A DNA stretch of 64,000 bases, taken from Balanoglossus misakiensis. Its lineage: Eukaryota > Animalia > Hemichordata. Both the position numbers and the translations under genes were made by a program. Under the pieces are notes generated by a model. That model was not told the DNA's origin, made no database searches, and was given only the letters and a program-made list of their open reading frames with translations. The stretch covers positions 7,553,705 through 7,617,704 of the forward strand of contig CM082587.2 in NCBI GenBank assembly GCA_040954595.2, read 5' to 3'. This document shows positions 20,231 to 32,954 of this stretch, in pieces. Each line of letters starts with the position of its first letter. Positions within the stretch are counted from its first letter, which is position 1.

Positions 20231-23205
20231 ATGGCCCAAGACGGTGCAAATAAAGAGGTAAGATGAAGCTCTTTTTAGCGTAATATTGACGTTTCACACA
20301 TGTCTGATATAGTACGGACCCATTTTACAGTAATTTATTTTCATGCCCATTTAGCTGTCAGTCATAAAATCTCATCCGACACAAATCTTGACAATTGTAT
20401 TACGAGTTTTTTTTATCCTAATTAGCCCAATACCATCTCGTGCTCTAGTACTATGCAAGCACAGCTACAAACAAAAACCAATCAGTCAGTGTCCCAGCAT
20501 ATGCCGCACCTAGTTTTGAATCGACTCAACGGGCGATGGCGCATACTTAGAAACCCCCGGTGCTCGTGTAGTCCCTGCGACATTTTTTTTGTGGCAGAGC
20601 GCATCTACTCCGGCCAATTCAACGATTTGAAACTGAGAACACTTTGTGGAATACGACCGCCGGCCTCTTGGTTATTCGCTCATTGTTCGTTTCCTCTCAT
20701 TGCAAGCACCAGTATGGCCATTGAAAGGGGCTTTACATGTATACAGAAAATAGACTTACCGCGCGTCAGAACGATTCAGGTTGGCTATTGTCTGTGACTA
20801 CGCGGCTAGTTAGGGTACCGGTGTGTGGCAGAAACGCAGTGATCACTGTTAAATGCCGATAGAAACTTCTAGTAAAAGGCCGCCATCAACGACCGAGAGA
20901 AGTATACCGATCGTAATAGTGTTTATCTATACAACGCAGGAACACTTTACTTTTACTGATGACGTGGACTGTGGCTATTGGCGCAAAGCGTTGAATATGA
21001 CTACATAAGCCGTCACGTACAAAACATCGAAACGTTTGACGTTTCTGCCGTCAGAGTTTGTATAAATCAGAGATCTTACCCATTCGAATCAACTTCTCGC
21101 ACACATTGGGAATGTGAAGAATGTCCCCGTTCACAGTGCGATCTTGGGAGACTTGGAAGCAGCGAATAAAAGCGACACGTGCCAGTCATGTTATCATTAT
21201 CGTTATCATCGTGAATTTGTTATGCATTATTTTGGTATGAACATTTACTGAAAAATTGCATGAATGAACATAACGACAGCTTGGAGATCCGAGCTTCTTC
21301 CGGACTTGTCGTTGAGTTGAGACAGAGAGGTGCGGACAGCATTTAAAACATGGACGTTTTTCGCATACATCCGGAATATGTGAATACACTGAAAATTCCG
21401 ACATTGTCTGCGAATTCACGCGGTAGCGCGTGGAGAGTGGTCGTATTTTCGTTTTGTCGCCCGAAAGTGCAATTCAAAACGGTTTACCCGGAAAGGCGTG
21501 TGATAGTATTCGGCCGGCCAATGACTCATTCAGTCGAAAATGAAAGTGAAAGTCTAAGAGGTATAATGTGAAAACACGGCTTGTAGTTGGCCCTATCCCT
21601 TCGTATTCAGTCAGCGTCGCTGGAGGGAAAGAAACCAAAGTCAATATTTCAAATATGACGCTCTTTTCGTTTATTTACAAGATATGTTTACCACCTAGAT
21701 ACCCACCGCAAAATGTTTGGAGAAGGAGTGTGTATGATGCGGTTTGAACAGGAAAAGTAAATACATTTAACACCGAGTATCATTAATTGCATTTTGCGGT
21801 TTAAGATTGTTTTGAATGTTTTGTTGTCATCCATTCTAGTTCGTCACTCTTGACGGGAACTCGCTGACGCCAGGTGATCTGGTGAATCTGCGAACGGGAA
21901 AGTACAAAATTAAGGTAACAATCTCCACATTGTAATGCAGTTAAATGTGCGTATTCGCAATTGAAACGCCGTGTTTAGACACTAAAACGACCTCATTCAA
22001 GATTATGTTTGCGTTTAGTGGTGATGTTTTTGTAATTTGTGGCGACGCTATAAGGTACCTTTACCGTTTATGTTTTAGGTCTCTGCTGAATCATGGGAGA
22101 AAGTACAATCTGCTAGGGATCATTTAGATCAGATAATGGCGACTGGAACAGGTAAGTGTCATGTTGCTGTGCTTTTGCACTCATAGATTCACGATTCTGT
22201 TCTTTTTTATCGAAACGTAAACAACTCCCATTAAAGGTATACAGTCACCCCCAATTTACATACGCCCATATATGGCTGAAATGGCGTATTTGAGCCGGTT
22301 CTAAAGAACAAATGGTGGCGCTCTTTTTTTCGCGTGTGCCACCCACTGAAAATCTGTGATTGGATAGATCTCAATTTGCCATGGTAACTGTGGCTAAACG
22401 TCCATAGGTGACCGTATATCTTTAACTGGTCAACCAGATTACTGGTCAGGAAGTTTCCTCATCAAATGAACCCAACCGCCCCCATTTGCTCCTTCGTCTG
22501 GTGATCATGAACTTTTCTGCTTCTACCCGCAGTTGCCTATGGCATCAATACTGGTTTTGGAAAGTTTGCCGATGTTGTTGTTGCACCAGATAAACTCAGG
22601 TATGACGTCATGGTGTTAGGCCAGTCGTGTTTCTGATATCGCAGCCTCCCGAACTCTATAGATGGCGCCGTGATGCCTAGAGCAGTTTTCTTACAAAACC
22701 GATCACCTGACCTGGAGCTTAATAATTCTGTTTACAATGAAATTTCATTTGGTTTTTGAACTTCCAATGTAGAAATAGTTTGTTTGGTAAAAGTGAGATT
22801 TAGTAATGTGTTTTTTTGTTTTTTGTCTTTTTGCAGTGAATTACAGGAAAATCTGATTCGTTCACATGCCTGCGGTGTTGGGGAGCCGCTGAGCCCGGAG
22901 AAAACTCGCATGTTGATGGCGCTGCGCATCAATGTTCTCGCCAAAGGCTACAGCGGAATAACCAAACAAGTTTTACAACAATACATCGATGCATTCAACG
23001 GTATGTATTCGGCTGAATAATATTATGTGTTTTGACAATAGACAAATACCCAATGTTGTAAATGGACGATATACCGATGTCGCATTGCATTGATTTACTA
23101 GTACTAGCAACCGGAATGTTTGAAGAAAAATGATTTTATTATCCGAATACTGCAACTGACACGGTTGTGTAAAGACTAAAACTCTCTGAGTGTTACCTAG
23201 TATTC

Positions 23206-23270
<65 letters not shown>

Positions 23271-26200
23271 AAGCAAGCTGCCTGGGCATTATAAAATAGC
23301 TTCAAAAGTGTAGTATGCGTTCCATAAAGAACACTTCCCTGAAACTGAAATTTTCATCGTATTGATACTGCAAAGTCAATCAAAGTTTCCCTCTTGCTGA
23401 AATATGACTGTAATCGTGTCCCAAATGATGTTTGGAGCACATTCCTCTACAAACGTATTGGGGTATTAACGGCATTATTTCAAACAAAAACCGTGGATTG
23501 GCTGAAAAGAAAACTGCTAGATATGACGTCATGATCTAGAGAAGCTTTCATTGGCAACAGCCATACATCACTTGTATTTTCTTTGCCCTTATCACTGTCC
23601 GCCTCTTCAACTTCTAGCTTCCTGTTTGCCGTACGTACCTGAGAAGGGCACGGTGGGCGCCAGTGGAGATCTGGCCCCGTTGGCGCATTTAGCATTGGGT
23701 ATGATGGGCGAAGGGAAAATGTGGAGTCCGGAAACAGGTCTGGCAGAAGCAAGCGATGTAAGTGGAATATGTAAAGCCCATGCATAGGCAAGAATATCGA
23801 ATAGCCTCTGTTTTAGGCCTGTTATGAAACACCGTTATTTCTATAACTAACTTTATTATGGTTATTACAGCCCACGAGGCATATTTGGCGTTCCATAATG
23901 TATGGCATACGAGTGTGCAGTAAAGGGAGTGAGATTATATTCCAATTTAAATTATAAGATTATCGTAAGTTGGTAACCATGCAGCCAGCGACTTTCTGAA
24001 TTTTGCGCACATAGAACGTGTAAGTTCGGGTTTCGATCATACTTGCACAATTCATTACTAGTATATACATTGCATTGCAGGTTCTCGCAAGGCATGGGCT
24101 GACCCCAATCAAGCTAGGGCCCAAAGAGGTAAGTATGTTCATGAATTTGGCGATACCATACAGACATGTTCGTGCAACTTTTTATTCCTTTATGCTAGTG
24201 CATTAATGTACCAGTACAATACTTTCCCGAGCACTCGGATCTCCAAATGTTCACTGGTTCTTAACAGGTCGCCCACTTTTGATGTTATTTTCGGTATTCT
24301 AGTTTTTAATGGATGATAATTTATGTTGATTGGCTAAACTGTGCGTAATCAATCTCACAATGTACAAGAGCACTGATAGTATATATTCTTTAAAAGTAAA
24401 AGTTACCACTGGGACTTCACGTCAAGTGTTCAAATCCTAAGACACGGTTGTTTTCATTTACACTACATGAACTCTCTTTATATTTTGTTACGATAGGGCT
24501 TGGCTCTGATCAATGGCACACAACTGATCACAGCTATCGGAGTTCTGGGTATGGTTCAATTTTCATTCTTGGGTCGGCCCCCACCCGTTAAACACTATAT
24601 GCGCAATACAGTGAAACGATAAACTTTGGAAGTCAAAGTAAAAGTGGTCCTCCCTAAGGTTGAATGCGATGCACTAGATACGCTGGCGCTGCAGTGGTAA
24701 TGTAACAGAAACAAATATGACAAAATCATGCAAAGTCGTTGTATATGGGCGCACTGATGTAGACCTACAAACCTTCATTTTCTTACCCGTGTTCCGTACA
24801 AAACAAGCAAGCAATTTATAACTGGTCTCACTATTTCCTTTAATCATAGCTTTGGAGAAAGCTGATGCAATTGCCAAACAGGCAGATGTCGTGGCAGCCT
24901 TGACTTTGCAGGTGCTACACGGAACAAATAAAGCCTTTGACAGTGGTAAGTACATGCATTTGCAATAAGTTCTACACCAGGACCTCAACTCTTTTGTAGG
25001 ATTATACTCTAGCAATGTGTTGGTAGCACGTGGGTGTTAGTCGAGTGTAAAATTCGGTTGGTATATGAGCTTGACACAATCGTTCTCCAATCCCGTATTT
25101 CCGAACTACATGTAGATATCCACAGAGTGAGACCGCACAAGGGACAGCAGGTCGTTGCGGGCCGAATCCGTGCTCTGCTCCATTCCAAAATACATCCATC
25201 TGAGATGACACTGAGTCATAAGGAACCGGTGCAGGATGCTTATACTCTCAGATGCTGTCCACAGGTAAATCTGCGCAGCCGTACGAAAATAAGGTTTTGC
25301 GCACATCCCTTGCAATCAACGACAGAGTGCTACCTCACGTAAAAGTGTACATTTTCTCGAGTGGTTTAATTTAATTTAATTTAATTTTATTTTATTTTTT
25401 ATTTTATTTTATTTTATTTTATTTTATTTTATTTTATTTTATTTTATTTTATTTTATTTTATTTTATTTTATTTTATTTTATTTTATTTATTTTATTTTA
25501 TTTTATTTTATTTTATTTTATTTTATTTTATTTTATTTTATTTTATTTTATTTTATTTTATTTTATTTTATTTTATTTTATTTTATTTTATTTTATTTTA
25601 TTTTATTTTATTTTATTTTATTTTACGATGTGCATGTAACAGGGTTCATAACGGGCCATTGGAAACATCAAGTGATACACCCGTGATTTCAAATTGGAAT
25701 GATTTCCGAGTTCAAGCTCTCCGGACCATCTAAACGCGGAATTTAAACATTTGATGTATGAACATAGCTACATCCAGTAATGACTCTGTAGCGTCCGTTA
25801 CAATGCTTAAACATTGCAAGATTTCAGATGTTTATCTATTGTATTGAACAAAAGAAAACATGTGTTTACACAGCTCCTTTCACGGGTCTGTGGTCATAAG
25901 CCTGTATTATCATTCTAAAATGTAATTTTTCAGTATCTCATCTGAGTTACTTTGCTGTTTCCGCAGGTTCATGGTATCGTTAACGACACCATTGACTTTG
26001 TCCGAGGAATATTGACAACTGAAATGAACAGCGCCACAGACAATCCTGTATCCTTTGAGTGATAGCATCAGAACTTGGCATCACAGACCACTTTTTTTCC
26101 GAGGGTGTGTTTGCCCGACCTATGTCACCAAGTAAGACATGATTTCGTGTTGAATTGATTAGAAAACCAAATTATATAAAAATTTATAATGTAAATCAAT

Positions 26201-28594
26201 TGGCCGTGGTGCAGTGTGTTACAATACAATATACAATACAATGCTCCAGTACAATACGATGTAATACAATACAATATGGTGGTTCAACACGATTCGTCAG
26301 TAAGAATTGTGACATTGACATTCAAGGCTCTAATGACTAAGGACAATAACTGAACGGCACTGATCAATTAACAATGCTTTCAAGTGCATCATCAATGCAT
26401 TTCAAGAGTATCATCAATGCATTTCAAGAGTATCATCAATGTATTTCAAGAGCATCACCAATATATTTATTCGTATGGACGCCTTAACTGCTTTTCTGAT
26501 CAGATGATTTTCCCAGAAAGGCATTTGATCCTCTCTGGCGGGAACTTCCATGGAGAATATCCAGCTAAGGTAAAAGTCAATTTGATGAAATTGTCCCACT
26601 GGTGTAAAGTTGACACGAAAATCGTTGGCTATGATTGGATGATAAGACTCATATTTATCACCAATCTATTTTCGACCAATACTGACGCCGTTAACAACTC
26701 GGCAGCGAGAACTACAAGCGGCATGAAGTCAACACATACCAAAGAGCCTATTTTGTTCATTTTCTTTCATCGAATTATTGCTTTCACTATTAATGTTAAT
26801 GCCCCGACAGGCCTTGGACTACTTAGCTATTGGTGTTCATGAATTAGCCAACATGAGTGAACGGAGAACGGAGAGACTCGTCAACCCAAGTAAGTAGTCG
26901 TATAGTAACTTACTTTCTCCTTCGACACTTGCATCTCAGAATTAAGATTCAAAAGAAGCTTCTCTATGATATGTTGGCTTTATATGTATACCTGTGGTGA
27001 TTGAGATTTTGAATGATATTAAACAATTCGCAAGTAAATTTTCGATCAGTATTTGGTGGTAAGTGATTATCTTTAAAGCCATCGCCATCGCCACTTCACC
27101 TCGTCTTTGGTTTATTTTTTTCCCCATGTAAATATTCGTTGTTGATTTCTAAACGCAGGCTACAGTAAGGGTCTCCCAGCCTTTTTAGTCGCCGAAGGTG
27201 GATTGAACTCCGGTTTCATGATAGCACACTACACCGCCGCAGCCCTTGGTGAGTATAAGCTTATCCTACGTTTTGTTCATGAGGTACAGTGTGCGTTTGT
27301 ATTAACTGTGAAATTTCATATATTGATCTGTGTGCGCTTGTGTAAAAAGGTGTGTGTCCCCGCGCGCGTGTTTACGTCTTTTTGTGACACTATATTGCAT
27401 GCATTTGTTAAAATCTTTTGTTTTCTCTGGCAGTTTCCGAGAACAAAGTGCTGACGCATCCCTCGTCCGTGGATACTCTGTCAACCAGTGCTGGCAGCGA
27501 AGATCACGTGTCCATGGGCGGATTTGCGGCGAGGAAAGCACTCACCGTGGTTGAGCATGTGGAACAAGGTATAGGGAAATTCTCATCAAAATTTACGATT
27601 GACTTTGTGGGTTTTGAGATGTTAAATAAACATGGTCTTACCAGTGCTTTAGTTTGCAAATCTGCTGACCACATGTAAACCATCTTCCGCCATTAATCAC
27701 ATAGATCAGGTCATTCCTGTCGTCAGTCATTTTAAGTCGGATATTGTGGCCGTAATCATGTTACACTGTTAATATTGGATATTCATCTGACTCGTTTACA
27801 GTGCTTGCAATCGAGTTGTTGGCAGCTTGCCAAGGCAAGGAATTTCGGAATCCATCGAAGACTACAGCCCCATTGGAAGAGGTCTACAAGTTAGTGCGTA
27901 GTGTTGCGGCGTAAGTGTCAATGAGTACTGTAATTATCGATTTGTGCAATGTTGTCTGTAATGTAATGTAATGTAATGTAATGTAATGTAATGTAATGTA
28001 ATGTAATGTAATGTAATGTAATGTAATGCAATGTAATGTAATGTAATGTATTGTAAGGTGCATCAAGCATCAAACAAACACGCGCACAAAACGTACCAAA
28101 TCAGTCCGTCTTCTTGTAAATTTTCCACAGCTCAATTGTATTTCATTTCATCAAAAGAAAATAGCTCACAAGAAATTACAGAGAGAATCAACTAAGAACG
28201 TTAGCTAACAGATGTATTTCTCATTTTTACAGCCCCTGGGATAAAGATCGCTTCATGGCTCCGGACATTGACAACGTCACCAAACTGCTCCAAGAAGGAA
28301 AGGTACGTCATGTTTAAGTGCGAAACAATATGAGTTATTCTAGAGACCATTGCCAGAGATGTGTTGTAATGCAGTGCCATAAATAATCTGTTGCTGGGAC
28401 ATTGATCAACAGATATAAATCACTCTCAAAATCTTAATGGGGTGAAATTATGTTCACGTCAGTATAGGAGACCCTTGAAACTGAAACGTGCATTTCAACC
28501 AATGTACTAAAATTTGACATCGTATCCGTTTTCACAGATATGGGCTGCAGTCAAACCCTTCATTGATGACTACGAGAAGAAAGTCTCTTCTTAA
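20231..28594 (+). CDS. HAL: Histidine ammonia-lyase (histidase), 18 coding exons, ~525 aa
   Basis: Exons: 20231-20257, 21840-21914, 22079-22151, 22533-22599, 22837-23000, 23618-23757, 24081-24128, 24497-24548, 24850-24945, 25116-25264, 25967-26047, 26504-26569, 26811-26889, 27159-27248, 27434-27568, 27802-27910, 28233-28302, 28538-28594. Motifs: MIO-forming GTVGASGDL (ASG at 23659-23667), [15 protein letters not shown] (the SH pair typical of HAL), [28 protein letters not shown]. Confidence 0.96.
22231..22425. mobile_element. TTAA-flanked MITE (~190 bp; Kolobok/piggyBac-type target site) in a HAL intron
   Basis: TTAA-AGGTATACAGTCACC ... GGTGACCGTATATCT-TTAA. Its internal sequence recurs inverted at ~42760-42826, and a similar terminus occurs at 49871-49889. 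Confidence 0.8.
23205..23269 (+). repeat. (CAA)n microsatellite
   Basis: Direct inspection; lies in a HAL intron. Confidence 0.97.
25366..25625 (+). repeat. (TTTTA)n microsatellite
   Basis: Direct inspection; lies in a HAL intron. Confidence 0.97.
26048..26503 (+). other. U12-type GT-AG intron in HAL
   Basis: Donor GTATCCTTTG; branch site GCCTTAAC at 26481-26488, about 15 nt before the AG. Splicing restores NSATDNP|MIF. Confidence 0.92.
26373..26460 (+). repeat. Short ~22-bp tandem repeat (TGCATTTCAAGAGTATCATCAA, 3-4 copies)
   Basis: Direct inspection; lies inside the HAL U12 intron. Confidence 0.85.
27957..28056 (+). repeat. (TGTAA)n microsatellite
   Basis: Direct inspection. Confidence 0.97.
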
Positions 28595-28892
28595 GGGTGC
28601 AGTTTCCAAATCATCATCACCACGTGTGTTTTGGGGTTTGTCAGAATGCGTGCCTAGAGGATAGACGACATTCTCAGCCATATCCACAAAGCTTACGAAC
28701 AACCACCAACGAGTTATAGATGTACAATGAGCTGTCAATGTGACGGGTTATTATTGAAACCCCTATGCAATACGACCGAACATTAAAATGGCTATATCAT
28801 ATATAATATGAGAAAATTACTTTACTTGTATTGATTCCCCGTAACAATGAATATGGCTAACCAATTAAAGTTTGACATCAGGTGTATATTAA

Positions 28893-29184
28893 GTATACAT
28901 AAGGTTGATGTAAGTTGATTTCGTTTGTTCGACGAACTATAAAAAAGATGTACACTATGGCTAACTTTAGTCTTTTGATTTGTATGTATACGAATACAGA
29001 AGGTTGATGTAAGTTTCAGAATTTTGATTTATTTTGTTCGACGAACTATAAAAAAAAATGTACACTATGGCTAACTTTAATCTTTTGATTTGTATGTATA
29101 CGAATACATAAGGTTGATATAAGTTTCAGAATTTTGATATGGCTAATTTTACATGTAATCTTTTGATTTGTATGTATACGAATT
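28893..29184. repeat. ~100-110-bp AT-rich tandem duplication, about 2.5 copies
   Basis: AAGGTTGAT(G/A)TAAGTT, TTGTTCGACGAACTATAAAAAA and TCTTTTGATTTGTATGTATACGAAT all recur. Confidence 0.85.
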
Positions 29185-29418
29185 CCACCGAGGGTTAGTG
29201 TTATGTAGGTTTTCTTAGAGTAGTCTCCCAAATGTGTTTTTTGTATGTTCGGAAAGCTATAAAAGAAAGTTCATATTGGAGGTACTTCACACCTTTTGAC
29301 AATAGCGTTGCTAGTCTGTTTCTCTTTGTCTGTGATTAAATATGCAATATTTACAGTCCCACTTCCCAATCTAACTGATGACGAACAATAGTTGAGTTGG
29401 TGAGCGTTGAATGGAAGA

Positions 29419-29464
<46 letters not shown>

Positions 29465-29465
29465 G
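29419..29465 (+). repeat. (GTT)n microsatellite
   Basis: Direct inspection; lies directly after the donor of the methyltransferase exon. Confidence 0.97.
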
Positions 29466-29471
29466 CATTAC

Positions 29472-29667
29472 CTGTCACCGATCTCACAGTAGCCCGCTCT
29501 GCTATCAGTCTGGTCAGTTCTCCAGTGCCACAACCGATATCTAACACAACATCATCTTGCTGCCAATCACCGTCCCATAAAGACAACAACTTCAAACCAG
29601 AATTATGTTGACCCTGCCTGTTCTTTGAGTAACATTCTGGGTGGTTGCCGATCATCGTTGCCATCAT
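29472..29667 (-). pseudogene. Orphan first exon of a class I SAM-dependent methyltransferase (JHAMT/Tam-like N-terminus); downstream exons not found
   Basis: Translates as MMATMIGNHPECYSKNRQGQHNSGLKLLSLWDGDWQQDDVVLDIGCGTGELTRLIAERATVRSVT-G|gtaat, containing motif I VLDIGCGTG. Only ~880 bp of mostly repeat sequence remain before the convergent HAL stop. Confidence 0.65.
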
Positions 29668-32600
29668 GGTCTAACAAGTTAAACGGGGATGACAAATGAA
29701 CAGTCTGAACACTCAGCGTTAAGTGACCCCAAACGTAGAGTACGTAGTCACCTTGCCCCCATTAATATTTAAATTAATTGTCATAAATAGGGCAAGGCGC
29801 GCCATGAATGGTCGGAGACACTTCATATAAAGGGGTCCGTGCGTTCAGAGGGGTCCCTGTTCTAGAAATTAATTAAGGTATTTTCACCCATTTCGTTTTG
29901 AAGCCATCTTATTTACATTATTCATTTTCCCTATTATGTAGTACGTCGGTGACGTTTGAACTTGTCCGGCATTGGCAAAACTTACGGCTTCGTGAACTTG
30001 TCATGTGACTGAATACTAGTATGCGCCCCAACGTTCAGCCATACCACTACCCGATAGCACTCGCCTGACGGCTCATGTTATACTAGTAAGTCGCGAACTG
30101 TACTCAAATCTCACGTGTAGCCGCTCATATGGCGGGGTTTATGCTTACATTAAATAAAGGGAGAAGCGAGTCGCTTCAACTAAAGTGGCCGTAACTGAAG
30201 TTCGTGGTGTTTCTGATCTTTAATTTGGCCACCCGGTCATCGGTGAACTATTTTTTTTTAAATTTGTGTTAAAGTAACAGTTGAGTCGATGAAAAACAGA
30301 TATTACCCAAAAAGTAGGGCGTGCACCTATTCTTTCACCCTTAAAAACATAGACAAAACCAATTGGACAAACCAAGTCTACCCTTTTCTCACGTGCCGTC
30401 AACGCCGCCCCAGCGGCGGCGCTAGGGCGGCGTTAATTTGTAAGTGCCACGTCTGAAAAGGTGAGAGCGGCCCTGCGCCGCTCTTTTTTTGTGACGGCGT
30501 TGAGGGGTGGGACCTGGGTCGGGGCGCCGCACTAAACAGCGATTCAAATCACGTAGAGACAACTTGAAAGAGTTAATTGCATACATGTTCTTATCAATTA
30601 GGCGTGGATTACCAGCCTAAGGAATACCACACGACTCTCTCCCAACAATCCAGTTCGATATAATCATGTGTGAAAAGCGCATTATCCGAAGTGTGAAGAT
30701 GAACCCTTTGAATTGCTAAGTGATTTAGTTTTGACTAAACGGTAGCTGGTCCGCGACTTTATTGTGTGAAAACAGATAAGCTAGGACACGTGGCTAGAAC
30801 AAGGACGGGAAATCAAGCACCTGTAAAATAATCTATCGCCTAATTTCAGTCAAATCATGGATGTACCGTGACTAGAAGAAGCCACACACTGTATTACAAC
30901 AGTAAAAGAGCTCGATCCGATGTAGTTTTACTCTATTGCCTACTCGTAGGGTATTTGAACTGGCACTGGACTAGGTGGGGATTTTTTCCAAAACCACAGA
31001 CAGCGTCTGACGTTACATAGTTGTACATTTATGGTACATGTGTGTTCTGTCTGTTGGCATGCAACATGAAGTGATGTGAAGACTTCGTACCATATCGCAA
31101 TATTTTAGAAATCTAAATAAACTCTGAAGGGCATTGGCTATTTTCTATCTTTGTGTTGTGTCGGGAACCGAACTGTCCCGTTTCGAATTTTCTGCGCATG
31201 TCTCCCTTGTTGGCAGGTTGCCTATGAGTTCTCTCGGGCGCCATGTATTTTCAAGATTTGGTGTTTTCAAGATGAAATTTCAGTTTTTAATTGATCATAC
31301 CCTTATCGCAACACTCAAACAAACAACCAAGCAAGGTCAAAACGTTGCGTACGGACGAAAATTCGAATCCGTTGCACCATGCTATTCTCGCAGTCAGGGT
31401 TTTCTCATTGTATTCATTGGATTTTAGACAGGTGTTTCAAATATTGGTAGGTGTGGACAATGATCAAGCCAGGTGTTTGTTTCTAAAGGGCTTCCCCCGA
31501 GCCTTGAGTCTCGGGGATTATCCAATATACTAGTATATGTGATAAGCTATTCAGATATTACGTCAGAATAAAAAAGCGACCCGTCCAAGACCACGAAGCA
31601 TCTGGACCGCACAAAGACAGGGTCGCCGACAAAGCGAACGGCGAGTTATAGTGTTTTCGTGAGGAAAACAGAAAATGCGTTTTTATTTCAAGTTGAACCA
31701 TAGAAGCATGAGAGACATCTCTGTTTGAACGCAGACTACTTGCATCATTGCCTGTGCCAAGTCTCCGAGATATTTACGGAATAAAATACAGGTTGGCCGT
31801 GATAGAGGGAGTGATACGTATCAAACATTTCTCCGGTGTTTGTTTGAAAGGTGTTGACCACTCCCCCCCCCCCGTCTCACTGTGTGGGTGGTCTATTCAC
31901 CAAGTGTGGCATTTCCCTCTGTTTGGTTTGTTTTCTTGTTTCTTTTGATCAGTCTGTTTGTTTGTTCTTTTGTTTGTTTGTTCTTTTGTTTGCTAGTTTG
32001 AATGCTTTTCCGATATACATGTAGAGATACCACTGTGCTTTGTTTCGATGCACATCCATGCCTCCATGCATGCAAGGAAGCATTTTAGGAAATGTGTCCT
32101 GATAATTTGTAACATTTTCTTAGAGAAGAGAAAAGTAAAAAAAAACATTAGCGGTTATGTAATTATAACATGTAATCTGTAATCTGTAAAGCACGGGGTA
32201 GACGGACGTCAGGTGAACGGGTAAACCAGGTAGTCGACATCCAAGGAAAAGACAGAAATGCCGCCACATCGGTAATTTCTGATATTAATAACCGACAAAC
32301 GCGTCTCGCCGCGTCTCGCAAGTTCGGCGATCTTGTGTGTGAGCGGCAGCGGACTTTCCACCAACGACTTCTACTAGAGGTAAAGCCGATGTAGACTCAC
32401 ACCACGGTCACATTGTGACCAATTTCCCCATCTTCTTCATCCTGCAATACTGGAATTAATCCTCGTGTATAGCCACTCAAACAATGGGCGTACCAGAGTC
32501 CATGCTCAATCAATCAACCATTAAAAATTAACGTATCCCATTTTATTAACACCTTTATAAAAAGCGTGACATTCTTAAAATCGAAAGTCGTTTTCAAATT

Positions 32601-32954
32601 GGTCGTCTCACTTTCTAATGCGTAATGACGCTGAAATATTATCGACCATGATTTGAACAATTATAGAACTGTACTATAATTGGAATAAATAGTCCCCTTT
32701 TCACGTCTGCCCATCACCCAGCCATTGTCTTCAGTTTAGCACCTCCTGTGACAACAGCGAGAGGCAGGACAACGATCGGCAAACACACGAATAGACGAAT
32801 AAATTATCACCGTTTAACACCTCGGCGACCTATCATTGCAAAAGCGCAATCAAAAGCATTGCTTTTGGTCACACACGATCAGTTCTGTCTTGTCTGCTGT
32901 GCGAGGAACAACTCTGACCTTCTCTCTCTCTGTCCAGCGGCAGTCTTGGTCGTC

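Noticed and set aside
22603-23531. CRE palindromes TGACGTCA in HAL introns (22603, 23524)
   Set aside because: The same 8-mer occurs in coding and intergenic sequence elsewhere in the window, and one copy overlaps a splice donor. Support is insufficient.
20231-28594. HAL as a bacterial horizontal transfer or as a PAL/TAL
   Set aside because: It has 17 introns in the coding region and close similarity to animal HAL, and retains the SH and EDHVSM histidine-specific residues.
28532-28738. Minus-strand ORF containing FVDMAENVV as a possible second methyltransferase exon
   Set aside because: The nearby AG gives the wrong phase for the phase-1 donor at 29472. The ORF overlaps the HAL last exon and 3' UTR and shows no further methyltransferase motifs.
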